Shown: positions 35,369 to 49,700, numbered from the stretch's first letter. The stretch: 64,000 nucleotides of DNA from Mobula hypostoma (GCF_963921235.1 NC_086097.1:97466001-97530000), one strand, 5' to 3'. The notes: a model not told the origin generated them from the sequence alone. Program-made: numbers and translations.

Positions 35369-38264
35369 CCACAATTCGACAACCCACTGGTTCTCTCTCT
35401 CCCTGGTAAGGGAGAGGAAGGTGCCCCCCATTTTCACAGTGAGCTGGAGACATAACAACACCCACTGGTTTACAATGTTAAAAGTCCATTTTGTCGCTTT
35501 TTTCAAGCTCTGTGTCCGAAGATCGCAGAAACCGCGGATCTTTGGGCCCACAGCGAAAGATTTTCCGGCCTCCCCTACGACACACAAGTCCCCGGCCGTG
35601 ACACCAACCCTCGATCCTCCCCCCGTCATCCAACTTCCTGGAGTAGGTCACAAGAACCTCCTGGAAATTGGCAAGAGTAATAGTTTAAGGATGTATGAAA
35701 ATAGAAGGTATGGGCCACTATTAAACCAGCATCAGGTTTATTATCACCGGCATGCGCCATGAAATATGATGGTGGTGGACCTGCTCTAGGCTTCAACTCC
35801 TATCCCAGTTCCTTACATCTATCAATTCCATGATCTTTGAAAAATGTATTCATTTCCTCTTTTAAATATTCCTGACAATTTAGTCTACACAGCCCCCACC
35901 ACCGGGTAGAAAATTCCAGAGTTCATCACCCACTGCAAGAAGTTCTTACACATCTCTGGTTAAATGATGGTCCCTAATTTTGCAATTATATCGATTTGTC
36001 TGATATTTTACGTGTAATTTACAAAGAGGCTTTTGGTTTTGAAATGACAAAGGCAGTTGTGCAAACAAACACTGCAGCAGTTATTGAAAAGAGCACAAAG
36101 GGAGGCAATGATAAGCATGTGATAAGACAACCCTTCTGTTCAAAAAAAGTTCACAGTAAATTTATTATCAAAGTACGTATATGTCACCAAATACAAACCC
36201 GAAATTTATTTTTTTGTGGGCACTCACAGTAAGTACAAAGAAACAACAAAAAAAACAAAAAAAAATTAATAAATAAGCAATAGATATTGAGAACAAGAGA
36301 TCAGTCTCTGAAAGGAAGTCTGTAGTTTGTGCACCAGTGACAAACGGCAACATCCTGCATACAGTTTACAAAATTACTTCTTCTTCTTCTTCTGTTAAAC
36401 ATACCTCTACTGCTAATCTGTGTGCGATTGGAGCCCGTAATTTACATTTTGATAATGTGTGTTTGGGCCGACTGAGCGGTTTTGCAGCCTCCGAAGGAAT
36501 TCGACGTGGCCCAGGGTCACAAGGTTCAGAATGGAGTGTGTGGCCGTATGGCAGAGCACAAAGAATGACTGGCTCAATTTCTCACTGCTCTCACCGATTA
36601 AAGCATTGAGCAAGATTGTAATCAATGAGGTGACTACGGTTCATATTATATGTGTTTCTGGTTTCTGGTTACTCCTATGTTGTTGTTATTTTGTATGATT
36701 TGATCGGGGCAGATAGGCTCTGTGGCCTGGCTGCCGCTTACATGTGGGTGGGGGAGCTGGGGGGGACTTTGAGGTTCTCATGAATTGAACTGAACTGAAC
36801 ATTCCTACACTGGTTTAATTACTCTGTAGTTTGATGTTTAGTCTGTGTTGTTCACTCATTTTTGTGACTTGCACGATTTGTTCTTTTCCTTTGTCTGTTG
36901 AATATTTGATGTTTTCTTTGAACGGGTTTCATGGTGTTTGTTTCGTGGCTGCCTGCAGGAAGACAAATCTCAGGGTTATGCACAGCATACATACTTTGAT
37001 AATAAATGTACTTTGACTTAACCTATGTAATATCCATCCACATGACTAATTGCTTAGGGTGTTCGAATCAACCATTAAAAATTGACACATCCTGAGATCT
37101 GTACCTTTGTAATATAGACAGGAGTACTCAACAGATAAATAAGGCTGCTTTCCAGCACCAGATAAGATCAAAAAAGGTTCCATATGGTTGTGGTTATATT
37201 TGTTCTGTCAATTGAGTCCAAAGAACCACCCTCACTATCACAGTAAAAGAAGGGTATTTTAGATGTCTGAGATTTGTCCATGGAAGCCTTTATTATATTG
37301 ACATGAACTACCAAGTGTTCAACTATTTAGAGCTCATCAGTTAAGATGTGCTCCCATTGTAAATATGCAACTCAGTGGAACCATTTGTCCACACCCAAAA
37401 TATTGAAATTATATTTAATCACCTACTTTTATTGTTGTACATGAAGTATAAAAACTTAGTTTCTCACTTCTCATATCTGTGCTGAATAAAGACTGGTTAC
37501 TTCAACAACCCCTATCCTGTGTGGCTCGTTCAAAGTCTTTGTTGTCCAAGATGGCACTGGCGATATATGGCAAAGTTTTGTGGGCAGCTCACGACACTGC
37601 TAACTATTCTACTAAGTATACTTCATCTGACCTTCGATCACTGCAGTCCACAGCCTGTAATATTCCTTTGATTTTGAACCATCTAAATGATGTAGCATTT
37701 TCTCCTGAACGATTCAGCGAACTGGACTCTTAAGAATACAGGTACAGCAATCACGGTAGCGGCCATTTCTGGAATGGACTTCAGACCAGAGCACAAAACA
37801 AACTGCTATTTAGCTGATTTAAGCTCTGAGCCAGATTAAAAAGATTAAAACATCAAGGTTGACAGCAGAAAATGTACTGGTGTTCAATTCCCTTCTCTGT
37901 GGCAGCCAAGGTCCCCCACTTCAGCCCGTCCCATCTGCCTGTGTTTAGCCTGTCTCCCTTCTACTACCATCAGGTGGGAGGTACAGGAGTCTTGGTCCCA
38001 TGCCACCAAGTTCAGGAGCAGATGTTGCCCTGCAGCCATCGGGCTCCTGGACCTGCTTCACTTGTCTCAAATATTTCTTAAGCTTCAGATGTTGTTTAAG
38101 TGCAAGCTGCAGTTGTAATTTAGGAAATTACATATCTAAGTTTTCAGTCGCCCATAACGCTGTGACAACTTTCTCAGGTAATTCTTAATAATTTTAATGA
38201 ATATGACTAAGTGAATACGATTAACCTGTTTTATGCAATGACCAATAGAATAGGGTATAATTAT

Positions 38265-38480
38265 AAACATCGAAAATGCTGGAAATACTCTGTAGATGGC
38301 GAGAGAGAAAGAGGTTAATGTTTCAGGTTGTGGAACCTTTCCTGGATTCTGATGAAAGTTTGTCAATTGAACATTTAACACTGTTCCTCACTTCATAGAG
38401 GCTGCCTGACCTGCTCAGACACAGTATCTAATATTTTGTGTTTTTAATCTCAGATTTCCAGCATCTTCTGGTATTTGCTT
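38265..38480. mobile_element. Older head-to-head Penelope pLTR-end pair
   Basis: Same layout as 28326-28570, with a degenerate CTGATGA motif at ~38349. Confidence 0.55.
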
Positions 38481-40991
38481 TCAGATTGAAATGTTTGATA
38501 AATGCTAAAAATGCAGGCTACAGACCCTCACCAAGGATTTGTACATTTTAGGCCTTTTTCTCTGCAGTATTTCAACAGCACTTGAAGATCCAGCTTTACA
38601 GTGGTTCAGGATTAACTGAGGCAGTTTTCACCAGTCTTCTGTATATTATACAGAAGCATGACTCAGTATTAAATAGCCATAGTTGAGTACATCAACTACC
38701 TTTTAACAGAAAGTTCCATGTTATTAACTAATGAAGTGATTAAAATTAACCGCATAAATAATTTTATTGAATAGTTTTCCATGTACTTATAAACTGGTCA
38801 AGATGGTGCCAGCATACAATGCTCCCTCGGTTGACATGTCCAGATAGCTCATAAAAATGCCTTTTTTACTTCTTTTACGTCTGTTTTTCACCTTTAACGT
38901 GTTTCTGGGACTGTTAAGAGTTACAGCCTGTGATTTACAATTTGGAAATCTTTTGAGTGATCCAGCGCTTTGCTGTCTCCAAGATGATTCCAGGAAGCGA
39001 GTGCATACTCGGACGGCCTTGATGCGAAGAAACTCCAAGATGGGGCGTAAGCCGATTAAGGCATCCATTAATCACCAACTAAAACATCAAGGAAGGTTGA
39101 GACATTGAGGTGATTGTGGAAGGTAAGTGAGAGTTCAGTGCCGACTGCCTTCCTTTTGATCGCTGCTGAGAAGGAGTCTGTGAGTGGCCTATCGCTGTGT
39201 GGCAGGTGGGTAGGCCTCTCTGCCTTGTGTGGTGTCCCCCTCTTTCGATGAGTGTTGTTGATATCAAAGGATGGTATCACGGTTCTGTGCTCATGGATTG
39301 GACTATTGCGTTTATGGACCATGCACTTATTCAAACTTAGAGTTTTTATATTGTGTTTTTTAAAATCACTTGTTCCTTTGCCATTTTGTTGTGCAAGGGG
39401 AGAGTGTTTCAGGGTTAATATTCTGTTGTATTTTGTTAGCTTTTTGTGTGGGGGAGGGTTTTTTTGGAGGGGTCAATGTTCCTGTTCCATTTAGTGCAGG
39501 GGGGGGTTTTGGGGGGTTGATAATCAAGGATGCCATTCTTTTTTGTGGGGTGGGGGGTTTGATGTTTCTCTCTGAACATCTTTCATGGCTATCTGGAGAA
39601 GACAAATTTCAGAGTTGTATATGGATACATGCTTTAATAATAAAAGAACCATTGAACCTTTAAACTTTAGGCTGTAGGTCACAAAATCATGCAATGGACT
39701 ATTTGGCCTATTGCATTCCTTGAAACAGAAATCCAATTAGTTCCATTGTATTTCTATCATTCTTTTCAATCATATATTCAAATGCCTTTGGATTAAGATC
39801 TCCAGGATCTTTTCAGCCAGTATGTACATTCCAAATAAAAATTTGCTCTGCAAAAATATACAACTCCATGATTTCCTTACCAATCTTAAGGAAATTTTCC
39901 TAGTTATCATTCCTCTTACTATGGAAATAGTCACTCCTTCTTTTATCACTACTTTGAATAACCAATTCCCCATAACAACATCAGCTCAAAATGATGCCAT
40001 CCGCATGTCTATTTCTATACAGAACTCTCACAAGACTGGTACAGTACTATCCTGGTACAGACTGTATTCTCCTATTTCCTGATATCAAAGGGAATGGTGT
40101 GCAGGACTGAACACATTACTCCAGATGAGGTCAACTAATGATTTATAATGATTTTCACAACTCCTTTGCTTTTGTTCTCCTTGTGTTCTTTGACAATCCA
40201 GAATCCCATATGCTTTAAATTTTTGAAAAAGGATTTATTTATTTACTTCTAGATGAATCTGTCTTTGCTTCCTTTTCAACTTTAGTCTATAGTTTCCTCT
40301 CTTTCAAAAATACATCAGTCAGAATTTCTTTTTATTTTACAACACTGATTAGCATCTTATTATGCAAAGTGCCTGCAACAGTATGATCAAAAAGCATATT
40401 CTAAATTTACACTAATTTACAACAGTTGAAAAATGTTCAAAACATGCACACTTCCTCTCGAAGAGCACATATGAAGTCAGAACACAGAACTGTTAGTATT
40501 CACTTGTCACAAGATAATGAACCTGATTCTGACCATGAGCAGCAAGTAATAACCTCTTGGATGGAGGATGAATAATTGGTAAAGGACTCACAGAATAGGG
40601 CTAAAGTTTAAAGAAAATTCATTTTTGGTACTATTCTCTAGTTTTTAGGACCATCAACAAATTTTCATGTTTTGCTGAAAATCTAGATAAAACAGGGGAC
40701 AACTCAGCTGGTCAGGGAGCACTTGTGGAAAAAGAAACATCCAAATCAATATCCCACATTATCTGAAACAAAGTATCACAATTATTACTTGGGTTTTAGA
40801 AAAGTGAGGGGTGATTTTATTGAGCATAAAGGATCTTTTCAAAGTACAACAGGGTAGATGTTGAGATGTTTCCAATAGCAGCAGATCTCGAACAAGGCGA
40901 CATAGTTATGAGATAAGGAATCAGTCATATAAAACTAAGGCGAACAAGAATTTCTTCTTGTTGACAGAGCACAGAGGGTTTTAGAGCTAAA

Positions 40992-43146
40992 TTGACGGTG
41001 GATATGCAATGGCAAGCATTTAAAGGTTGCATGGATGAACTACAACAATTGTTCATCCCAGTTTGGCAAAAGAATAAATCAAGGAAGGTAGTGCACCCGT
41101 GGCTGACAAGAGAAATTAGGGATAGTATCAATTCCAAAGAAGTAGCATACAAATTAGCCAGAGAAAGTGGCTCACCTGAGGACTGGGAGAAATTCAGAGT
41201 TCAGCAGAGGAGGACAAAGGGCTTAATTAGGAAGGGGAAAAAAGATTATGAGAGAAAACTGGCAGAGAACATAAAAACGGACTGTAAAAGCTTTTATAGA
41301 TATGTAAAAAGGAAAAGACTGATAAAGACAAATGTAGGTCCCCTGCAGACAGAAACAGGTGAATTGATTATGGGGAGCAAGGACATGGCAGACCAATTGA
41401 ATAATTACTTTGGTTCTGTCTTCACTAAGGAGGACATAAATAATCTTCCAGAAATAGTAAGGGACAGAGGGTCCAGTGAGATGGAGGAACTGAGTGAAAT
41501 ACATGTTAGTAGGGAAGTGGTGTTAGGTAAATTGAAGGGATTGAAGGCAGATAAATCCCCAGGGCCAGATGGTCTGCATCCTAGAGTGCTTAAGGAAGTA
41601 GCCCAAGAAATAGTGGATGCATTAGTGATAATTTTTCAAAACTCGTTAGATTCTGGACTAGTTCCTGAGGATTGGAGGGTGGCTAATGTAACCCCAATTT
41701 TTAAAAAAGGAGGGAGAGAGAAACCGGGGAATTATAGACCGGTTAGCCTAACGTCGGTGGTGGGGAAACTGCTGGAGTCAGTTATCAAGGATGTGAAAAC
41801 AGCACATTTGGAAAGCGGAGAAATGATCGGACAAAGTCAGCATGGATTTGTGAAAGGAAAATCATGTCTGACGAATCTCATAGAATTTTTTGAGGATGTA
41901 ACTAGTAGAGTGGATAGGGGAGAACCAGTGGATGTGGTATATTTGGATTTTCAAAAGGCTTTTGACAAGGTCCCACACAGGAGATTAGTGTGCAAACTTA
42001 AAGCACACGGTATTGGGGGTAAGGTATTGGTGTGGGTGGAGAATTGGTTAGCAGACAGGAAGCAAAGAGTGGGAATAAACGGGACCTTTTCAGAATGGCA
42101 GGCGGTGACTAGTGGGGTACCGCAAGGCTCAGTGCTGGGACCCCAGTTGTTTACAATATATATTAATGACTTGGATGAGGGAATTAAATGCAGCATCTCC
42201 AAGTTTGCGGATGACACGAAGCTGGGTGGCAGTGTTAGCCGTGAGGAGGATGCTAAGAGGATGCAGGGTGACTTGGATAGGTTGGGTGAGTGGGCAAACT
42301 CATGGCAGATGCAATTTAATGTGGATAAATGTGAAGTTATCCACTTTGGTGGCAAAAATAGGAAAACAGATTATTATCTGAATGGTGGCCGATTAGGAAA
42401 AGGGGAGGTGCAACGAGACCTGGCTGTCATTATACACCAGTCATTGAAAGTGGGCATGCAGGTACAGCAGGCAGTGAAAAAGGCGAATGGTATGCTGGCA
42501 TTTATAGCGAGAGGATTCGAGTACAGGAGCAGGGAGGTACTACTGCAGTTGTACAAGGCCTTGGTGAGACCACCCCTGGAGTATTGTGTGCAGTTTTGGT
42601 CCCCTAATCTGAGGAAAGACATCTTTGCCATAGAGGGAGTACAAAGAAGGTTCACCAGATTGATTCCTGGGATGGCAGGACTTTCATATGAAGAAAGACT
42701 GGATGAACTGGGCTTGTACTCGTTGGAATTTAGAAGATTGAGGGGGGATCTGATTGAAACGTATAAGATCCTAAAGGGATTGGACAGGCTAGATGCAGGA
42801 AGATTGTTCCCAATATTGGGGAAGTCCAGAACGAGGGGTCACAGTTTGAGGATAGAGGGGAAGCCTTTTAGGACCGAGATTAGGAAAAACTTCTTCACAC
42901 AGAGAGTGGTGAATCTGTGGAATTCTCTGCCACAGGAAACTGTTGAGGCCAGTTCATTGGCTATGTTTAAGAGGGAGTTAGATATGGCCCTTGTGGCTAC
43001 AGGGGTCAGGGGGTATGGAGGGAAGGCTGGGGCGGGGTTCTGAGTTGGATGATCAGCCATGATCATAATAAATGGCGGTGCAGGCTCGAAGGGCCGAATG
43101 GCCTACTCCTGCACCTATTTTCTATGTTTCTATTTTCTATGTTTCT
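40992..43146 (+). mobile_element. Young 5'-truncated CR1 LINE with uninterrupted RT-containing ORF2 segment
   Basis: 683-codon open frame nearly identical to 24779-26945; (TTTCTATG)n tail; inserted in an older CR1 3' end. Confidence 0.96.
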
Positions 43147-43210
43147 AAATCGCTAGAATCATTTACAGAGGATGGCAATTAAATTTTTGAAAGATAATTG
43201 TATTAACTAT

Positions 43211-43439
43211 CATGTTCCCTCTAAGCTGCATAGGTGCGCAGCAGTGCAGTAACTGAAGGGGGGGGGGGCTCCTGCACACTTAGCCTTTGTTGCCACATAG
43301 CTATTCATTCTAAATATTCATAATAGCATTTTACAAAAAGAAATTTAAAGTGCCGCTCAGTTTTCAGGCTGTGTAAAATTTCCCTACTCAGAGTAATGGT
43401 TGGTCAGCGCAGCTGTAAAAAAATTTAGAGGGAATGTTG
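43211..43439. mobile_element. hAT-type MITE
   Basis: TIRs CATGTTCCCTCTAA / TTAGAGGGAATGTTG; degenerate 8-bp flanks TTAACTAT / CTGACCAT. Confidence 0.65.
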
Positions 43440-44195
43440 CTGACCATATTAACCATAGTTAATTCAAACCCATGGACGGTTGAATTTTCTTGGAGCACTG
43501 AATTAGTGGGAGCTGAACCTGGTAATGGCCTCCTCCTCGAACTATCCCAGCTCCACTGAGGCTTTGATGTTAGAACGGTGAGAGGCTTCTGACTGAGTGA
43601 GAGCCCTGAAGCAAGAGAGTCTTGGTTCCGTTTGGTTTTCAGGGGAATGGAAAATTTCCAAATAAAAGCCTTGCAGTAACTATACAAACATAACTTTTAC
43701 ATTAAAAAAATCATCTTCCATATAAAACCCAATTAGCAGTGCAAAACTGTGTACCAGTTCCTATTTTCTGTCTATAATCTATTAGCTGCACTATTTTTTG
43801 CTTCTCCTAAATTATAAATAGCAATGAAAAACTGCTCTCTCACATAATCAAGACCAATGAGCTTTGAGGTTGTTCATGATCCCAATAATCACATCAAGAA
43901 CCTGGTAACTCTCTGCAATTGTGAATGTTTTCTCCCCATAAGCAAGTTCTGATATTATTTTTCCAAGGGCCTTCATTGCTGAGAGTTAATTCTGGAAGGC
44001 AATAATTTTTTTCTGAAGTACCACTTGTGAGCAACTAATTGGAGAGTCAGGAGCTGTAATGTCTATGTAATTTATCTTCCTTTAGTCCTGAAATTACCAT
44101 CTCTTTCAAATATTCGAAGTAACAGGTGACCTAAAAAGGAATCTTTCCAAAGCATAATCTGTTGAATGCAGAAGTGTGGAAACAAAATAAAATAA

Positions 44196-46955
44196 TGGGT
44201 AGACCCATAGTTTCTGCCTGCTCCTGTCCCACCGAACTTGTATCTGCCTTCCTGGACTCCGTTTTGTCACCCATAGTTCAGTCCCTCCCCACCTACATCC
44301 GGGATACATCCCTTGCCCTCCACTTCTTCAATGACTTCCAGTCCCCTGATCCCGACCGCTTCATTTTCACTATGGATGTCCGATCCTTATACACTTCCAT
44401 TCCCCATCAAGAAGGCCTCAAAGCCCTCCACTACTCTCTGGACAATAGACCTCACCAGTTCCCCACCACCACTGCCCTCCTCTGGTTGGCCGAACTGGTA
44501 CTCACACTGTTACGAGAATACACATAAAATTAAGATGTTTGCTGGCCTGGGCTAGCATCAGTGGCATCAGCAGTTGGTCTGCCACCTGCCCTCAGGGGAA
44601 GGAGAGATAAGGAACAATGGAGCAGCATCTGGAGATGTGTAATGAAGGGATGTGGGAGGAAGAGCTGTCTGGAGCGGCTCCCCCCTTTGAACCCTGAACT
44701 GTTTGAAGTGATGGACAGGCGATACCCCAGCAGGGGGATAAAAAGGGACAGGTTCGCTAAGACAGACACACGCCACCCGAGGTAACGAGACCCTGGAAGC
44801 GGTGCGCTTCTCACGAGTGGGTGAGAAGTGCCAGACAACGACAAGGGTGGAAAGGTACGATCAGCGGGAACCCGGTGTGTGTCCGCCCTTGCCTGGGTGC
44901 CGGGTTCACTGCAGAGGATTGACCGCATCTGGAGGAGGGGTCACAGTCGGTGACCTCAGGTGACATCACCAAGGACCCGCCCAAATGCTGTTTGTGAGCC
45001 ATCTCGCCGGTCTGTGAGTGAAGCTGTGCTGAATGATGAGTTGTTCCTATTCTATGTCTCTCTTCCCCACCTTGTCCATCGCCATGACAACGATTACTGC
45101 GAACTGAACTACAAACTGGACTGAACTTTGAGTCATTTTGAAATTGGTCATTTACCCCTAGACAACGATAGAGCTTGATTGATGCTGTTATCTTAATTCT
45201 GTGCACATGTGTGTTTATCATCACTGAACTGTTGCATTTATTATCCTTTCGATTACTGTGTTGCTTGTTTCTGTAATAAAACTTTCTTAGTTCTAGTACT
45301 CCAGACTCCAACTGAGTGATCCATTTCTGCTGGTTTGGCAACCCAGTTACGGGGTACGTAACAACACTTAATAACTTCTCTTTTGGCTCTTCCCACTTTC
45401 TTCAGACCAAGGGTGTAGCTATGGGCACTCGCTTGGACTCCAGCAATGCCTGCCTCTTCGTTGGTTATGTGGAACAGTCTGTGCTCTAAACTTATACTGG
45501 TACTGCTCCCCAACTTTTCCTTCGCTACATTGACGACTACTTTGGTGCTGCTTCCTGCACCCATGCTGAGCTCGTCAATTTCATCGACTTTGCTTCTACC
45601 TTCCACCCAGCCCTCAAATTCACTTGGTCCATCTCGGACACTTCTCTCCCCTTTCTCGATCTCTCGGTCTCCATCTTTGGAGACAGACTGTCCACTGACA
45701 TCTTCTACAAGCCCACTGACTCTCATAACTACCTCGACTATACCTCTTCCCACCCTGCCACATGCAAAAATGCCATTCCCTATTCCCAGTTCCTCCGTCT
45801 CCGCTGCATCGCTCCCAGGATGAGGTTTTCCATTCCAGGACATCTCAAATGTCCTCTTTCTTTAAGGATCGTGGTTTCCCTTCTGCCGTCATCAATGATG
45901 CCCTCACCCGCATCTCCTCCATTTCCCACACTTCGGCCCACACCCCATCCTCCCGCCACCACAACAGGGACAGAGTTCCCCTTGTCCTCACCTACCACCC
46001 CACCAGCCTCCGGATCCAGCACATTATCCTCCACAACTTCCACCACCTTCAACAGGACCCCACCACTAAGCACATCTTTCCTTCTCCACCCCTCTCCGCT
46101 TTCCGCAGGGATCGATCCCTCCGTGACTCCCTGATCTACACGTCCCTCCCCACGGATCTCCCACCCAGCACTTAGCCCTGTAAGCGCAAGTGCTACACCT
46201 GTCCCTACACCTCCTCTCTCACCAGCATTCAGGGCCCCAAGCAGACCTTCCAGGTGAGGCAACACTTCACTTGTGAGTCTGTTGGGGTCATCTATTGCAT
46301 CTGGTGCGGGCTCCTCTACATCGGTGAAACCCGACGCAGATTGGGGGACCGCTTCGTCGAGCACCTCCACTCAATCCACCAGAACAGACAGGATCTCCCG
46401 GTTGCCACCCACTTCAACTCTGCTTCACATTCCCATTCGGATATGTCCATACATGGCCTCCTCTACTGCCAGGATGAGGCTAAACTCCTCCAACACCTCA
46501 TATACCATCTGGGTAGTCTCCAGCCCCTTGGTATGAACATAGAATTCTCCAACTTCCAGTAATTCCCTCTCCCTCCCTTCCCCTATCCCTATTTCACTCT
46601 GCCTCCTCCCCCAGCTGCCTATCACCTCCCTCATGGTTCTGCCTCCTTCTACTGCCCATTGTGTTTTCCCCTATTCCTTCTTCACCTTTCCTGCCTATCA
46701 CCTCCCTGCCTCCTCTCCCCCACCCCTTTATCTTTCCCCTTACTGGTTTTTCACCTGGAACCTACCAGCCTTTTCCTTCCCACCCTCCCCCCACCTTCTT
46801 TATAGGGTCTCTGCCCCTTCCCTCTTCAGTCCTGTCAAAGGGTTCCAGCCCGAAACATTGACTGATCGTTTCCACGGATGCTGCCTTACCTGCTGAGTTC
46901 CTCCAGCATGTTGTGAGTGTTGCTTTGACCCAGCATCTGCAGAGTATTTTCTGTT
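44196..46955 (+). mobile_element. Penelope-like element (RT, GIY-YIG, pLTR) interrupted by a solo LTR
   Basis: GRPIVS, MDVRSLYTSIP, GVAMGT, RYIDD and LLYIGET motifs; degenerate hammerhead at ~46827-46864. Confidence 0.93.
44508..45363 (+). mobile_element. Solo LTR, 856 bp
   Basis: TGTTACG...CGTAACA inverted termini, 4-bp TSD ACAC (44504-44507, 45364-45367), AATAAA near the 3' end. Confidence 0.93.
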
Positions 46956-48283
46956 AAAAAAAATAAGGCTTTACATTCGTTTTCAGTTCTTTTTCATTTA
47001 AAAACTTCAACTACATCTCCTCTAAGTATTTATTGCTAAGTTAGTAAACAATTCCAGTTTGTCCTCATTATCCAAATCTCTAAAATTTGGCATTTCCATA
47101 TCTACATTTTATGCAGAACCAAAATAGCTTTGATCAAAAGAAAACCTGCAGAACAGTACATACATACACAGACAAACCCATGCCTCATTTAGATAAATAC
47201 AATTAAGTCTTTGATGTCCTAACAGCGCACACTGTAAAACTAAGACTGTTTGCTTGTCTATTTTTAAGTATCCTGCTTGGTTTACTGCAATTTGTAAGCT
47301 TTTTAAGGAGCTATCGATTAATCCAAGACCCTTTTCTGATCTTTCACCTTTAATGGTTAACACTATTAAAATCAGCTTGCAGTTATTAATAAATTACTAA
47401 GCCGGAAATAACACTGTAGGATGAAAATGCAGAACTATTGCAGGAACAACATGTGAAAACTACAGCTGAGTTCAGATAAGTCACACACAGCTTTGAAAAA
47501 GTATAACTTTTGCTAACCGCACCAAAGTGCTTAAATAAACAAGCATGTTTGTTTTTGTGGGCAAAACCAGTTTAATAGGTTATCTGTATCTCTCTAATAC
47601 ATTTGCATCATGCCACTAACTTACGCTTGTAGAATACTTTACCTTACTCTGTTTCTCTCTAATAAACTACCTCTGATGCACTGCAATTCATCTAGGCCAC
47701 CCTCTTGGCTAACAGAGTTTACTGCAGAAACATGCAAGTTTGAAATGACCGAGGAACTGCTGAGAGGGAGATTAGAAACAGGAAGGATGACCTAGCCCAT
47801 TTTGAAGCTTGAACATAAGGACAGCTTCTCTGTCTGACAAATGAAAATTTATACAAATGTCAGCCCAGGGCACGAGCCTGCGGAATCCATCTTCAAATTT
47901 CCTCAGCTGCCATTTCAAAAGTGTGATTCAACCCCAAATTAAGGAACCCATTCTTTCTTATGATATTTTAAACATTCCCAAGTAAATTGTCAAATGCACA
48001 AATAAAAGCTTAAACAAATAATAAATAGATAAGGACTAGTTAATGTTTTCTTCAGCTCTACTCACAGACTGGAATGACTGCCAGCATTGTTAATATAGTG
48101 AATTAAAATTCATTCAGGTGGCTGAGTTCATTGTTACCATGTATACTTTTTATTCTGAAAGCTTCAAGTGAGAAAGGAATTCCATTGCACGGTGGTGTAT
48201 ATGACAATGAACTAATATGACCTTCAAGTTTATGATAACCAGTTATGGGTGAGCTGAAAAGCAGCCTTTTCAATGGGAGGATT

Positions 48284-48833
48284 TGTCATCGCTGATAATA
48301 CAAATAACTAGGCCAGGAACAGACACATTCTTACGATTCAAGCACCTTTTTATTTTACGTGCGCACAAGGAGAACAGCATGGGTCCCTGTCACCCACACT
48401 CTTCTGAAGGCTGAACAGAAAACTGCTATTTTTATATAGATTTGGCTTATCAGTTACGGATATTGACCATTTGGTAAATTGTACCATATATGTTCGAATT
48501 CCTTACTTGCAACATCAATTGCCATTCACAATAGAGGTGTTAAAAGTCAATCAAAACTTCTAGATGACATCGTATTTTGAAGTTAGGAAAGCAATTGCCC
48601 CTCAGTATTTTGGAGTATTTCACATCCTTCTATTATGCCTATCTTGTCTTTCTCCGGCACTCCAGCACACTGCCACAGTCTCCCCTGCGTATCTTGTCTG
48701 TGGGTAAGCAGAGGTGTCTCCAGTGGTCTCACTTTAAAGATCTTCCTCAACTACAACTGCCACAGGCTATTCTTGCCTGGACATTGTCTTTAAACCTTGC
48801 CTTCACACAACTTCCACACATTTCCTGCTGACA
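48284..48833 (-). mobile_element. Probable solo LTR
   Basis: TGTCA...TGACA termini; minus strand shows TATATAAAA followed by AATAAA. TSD is poor. Confidence 0.45.
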
Positions 48834-49374
48834 TAATTGGCACACGAGAGGTCTGGACAAGTGGTAAGAACACAAGAGATAAAAGTAGTAGGCCACATGG
48901 CCTCTCAAACCTGCTCTGCCATGCACCAGGATCCAGAATGCTCTTTCACCTTAGCATCAATATTTCACACTATCTCCATACCTTTTGATTCTCTTCTTTT
49001 GTAGCATATCAACCACTATTGGAAACAGTCTAGTTTTTCTTTTGCTGCAATCTCTCATCCTTTCTTACATTAGATGACGATAACTGTCCAAATGGGATCT
49101 CACTCAGATCCTACACAAGTGTAATGAAGTGCAGCTAGGGAAAATCTCTTTAATAAGGGCTAGCGTGCCATTTACCTCCAATTCCCTTGCTGCACCTTCA
49201 TATTGGTCTTTTGTGACGTGTACAAAGCACAGCTATATCCCTTTAATCATTAACATACCATAATCTCTCACCACTTAAATAATCTGCTTTACCTCTCTGT
49301 GCTTCAAAGTGGGTGACATCAAATTTTTTCCACATTATATTCCATCTGTCACATTTTCACCTCCAATCTCAGCA

Positions 49375-49700
49375 TTCAGTGTCTGGTGAAATACCTACCA
49401 CAACCTCACAGCTCCAGTGACCCAGTTCATTCTTGACCTCCAGTGCCCGTAGTGGGGAGCTGATATGTTCTCCCTGTGAACGCATGGATTTCCCCCAGTA
49501 CTCTGATTTCCTCTCACATCCAAAAGTCAAGCAGGTTGGCAGTTTAATGGGTTGCTATGTTAATTGATTCTAGTGTGCAAATGAGTAGTAGAATGCGTTG
49601 ATGGAAAAGTAGAGAGAATTACTAGGGATTAGTGTGAATGGGTGCTTGATGGTCAGCGCCAGTCTGACAGTTTGCATGTTACTATCGTTTCTACAATCTG
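49375..49700 (+). mobile_element. HE1/V-type tRNA-derived SINE, degenerate
   Basis: CTCACAGCTCCAGTGACCC head and V-domain-like TGTTCTCCCTGTG...TTTCCTCTCACATCCAAAAG. Confidence 0.65.

Noticed and set aside
45253..46370. 196-aa minus-strand ORFs
   Set aside because: Antisense shadows of the Penelope ORF, one running into the solo LTR.
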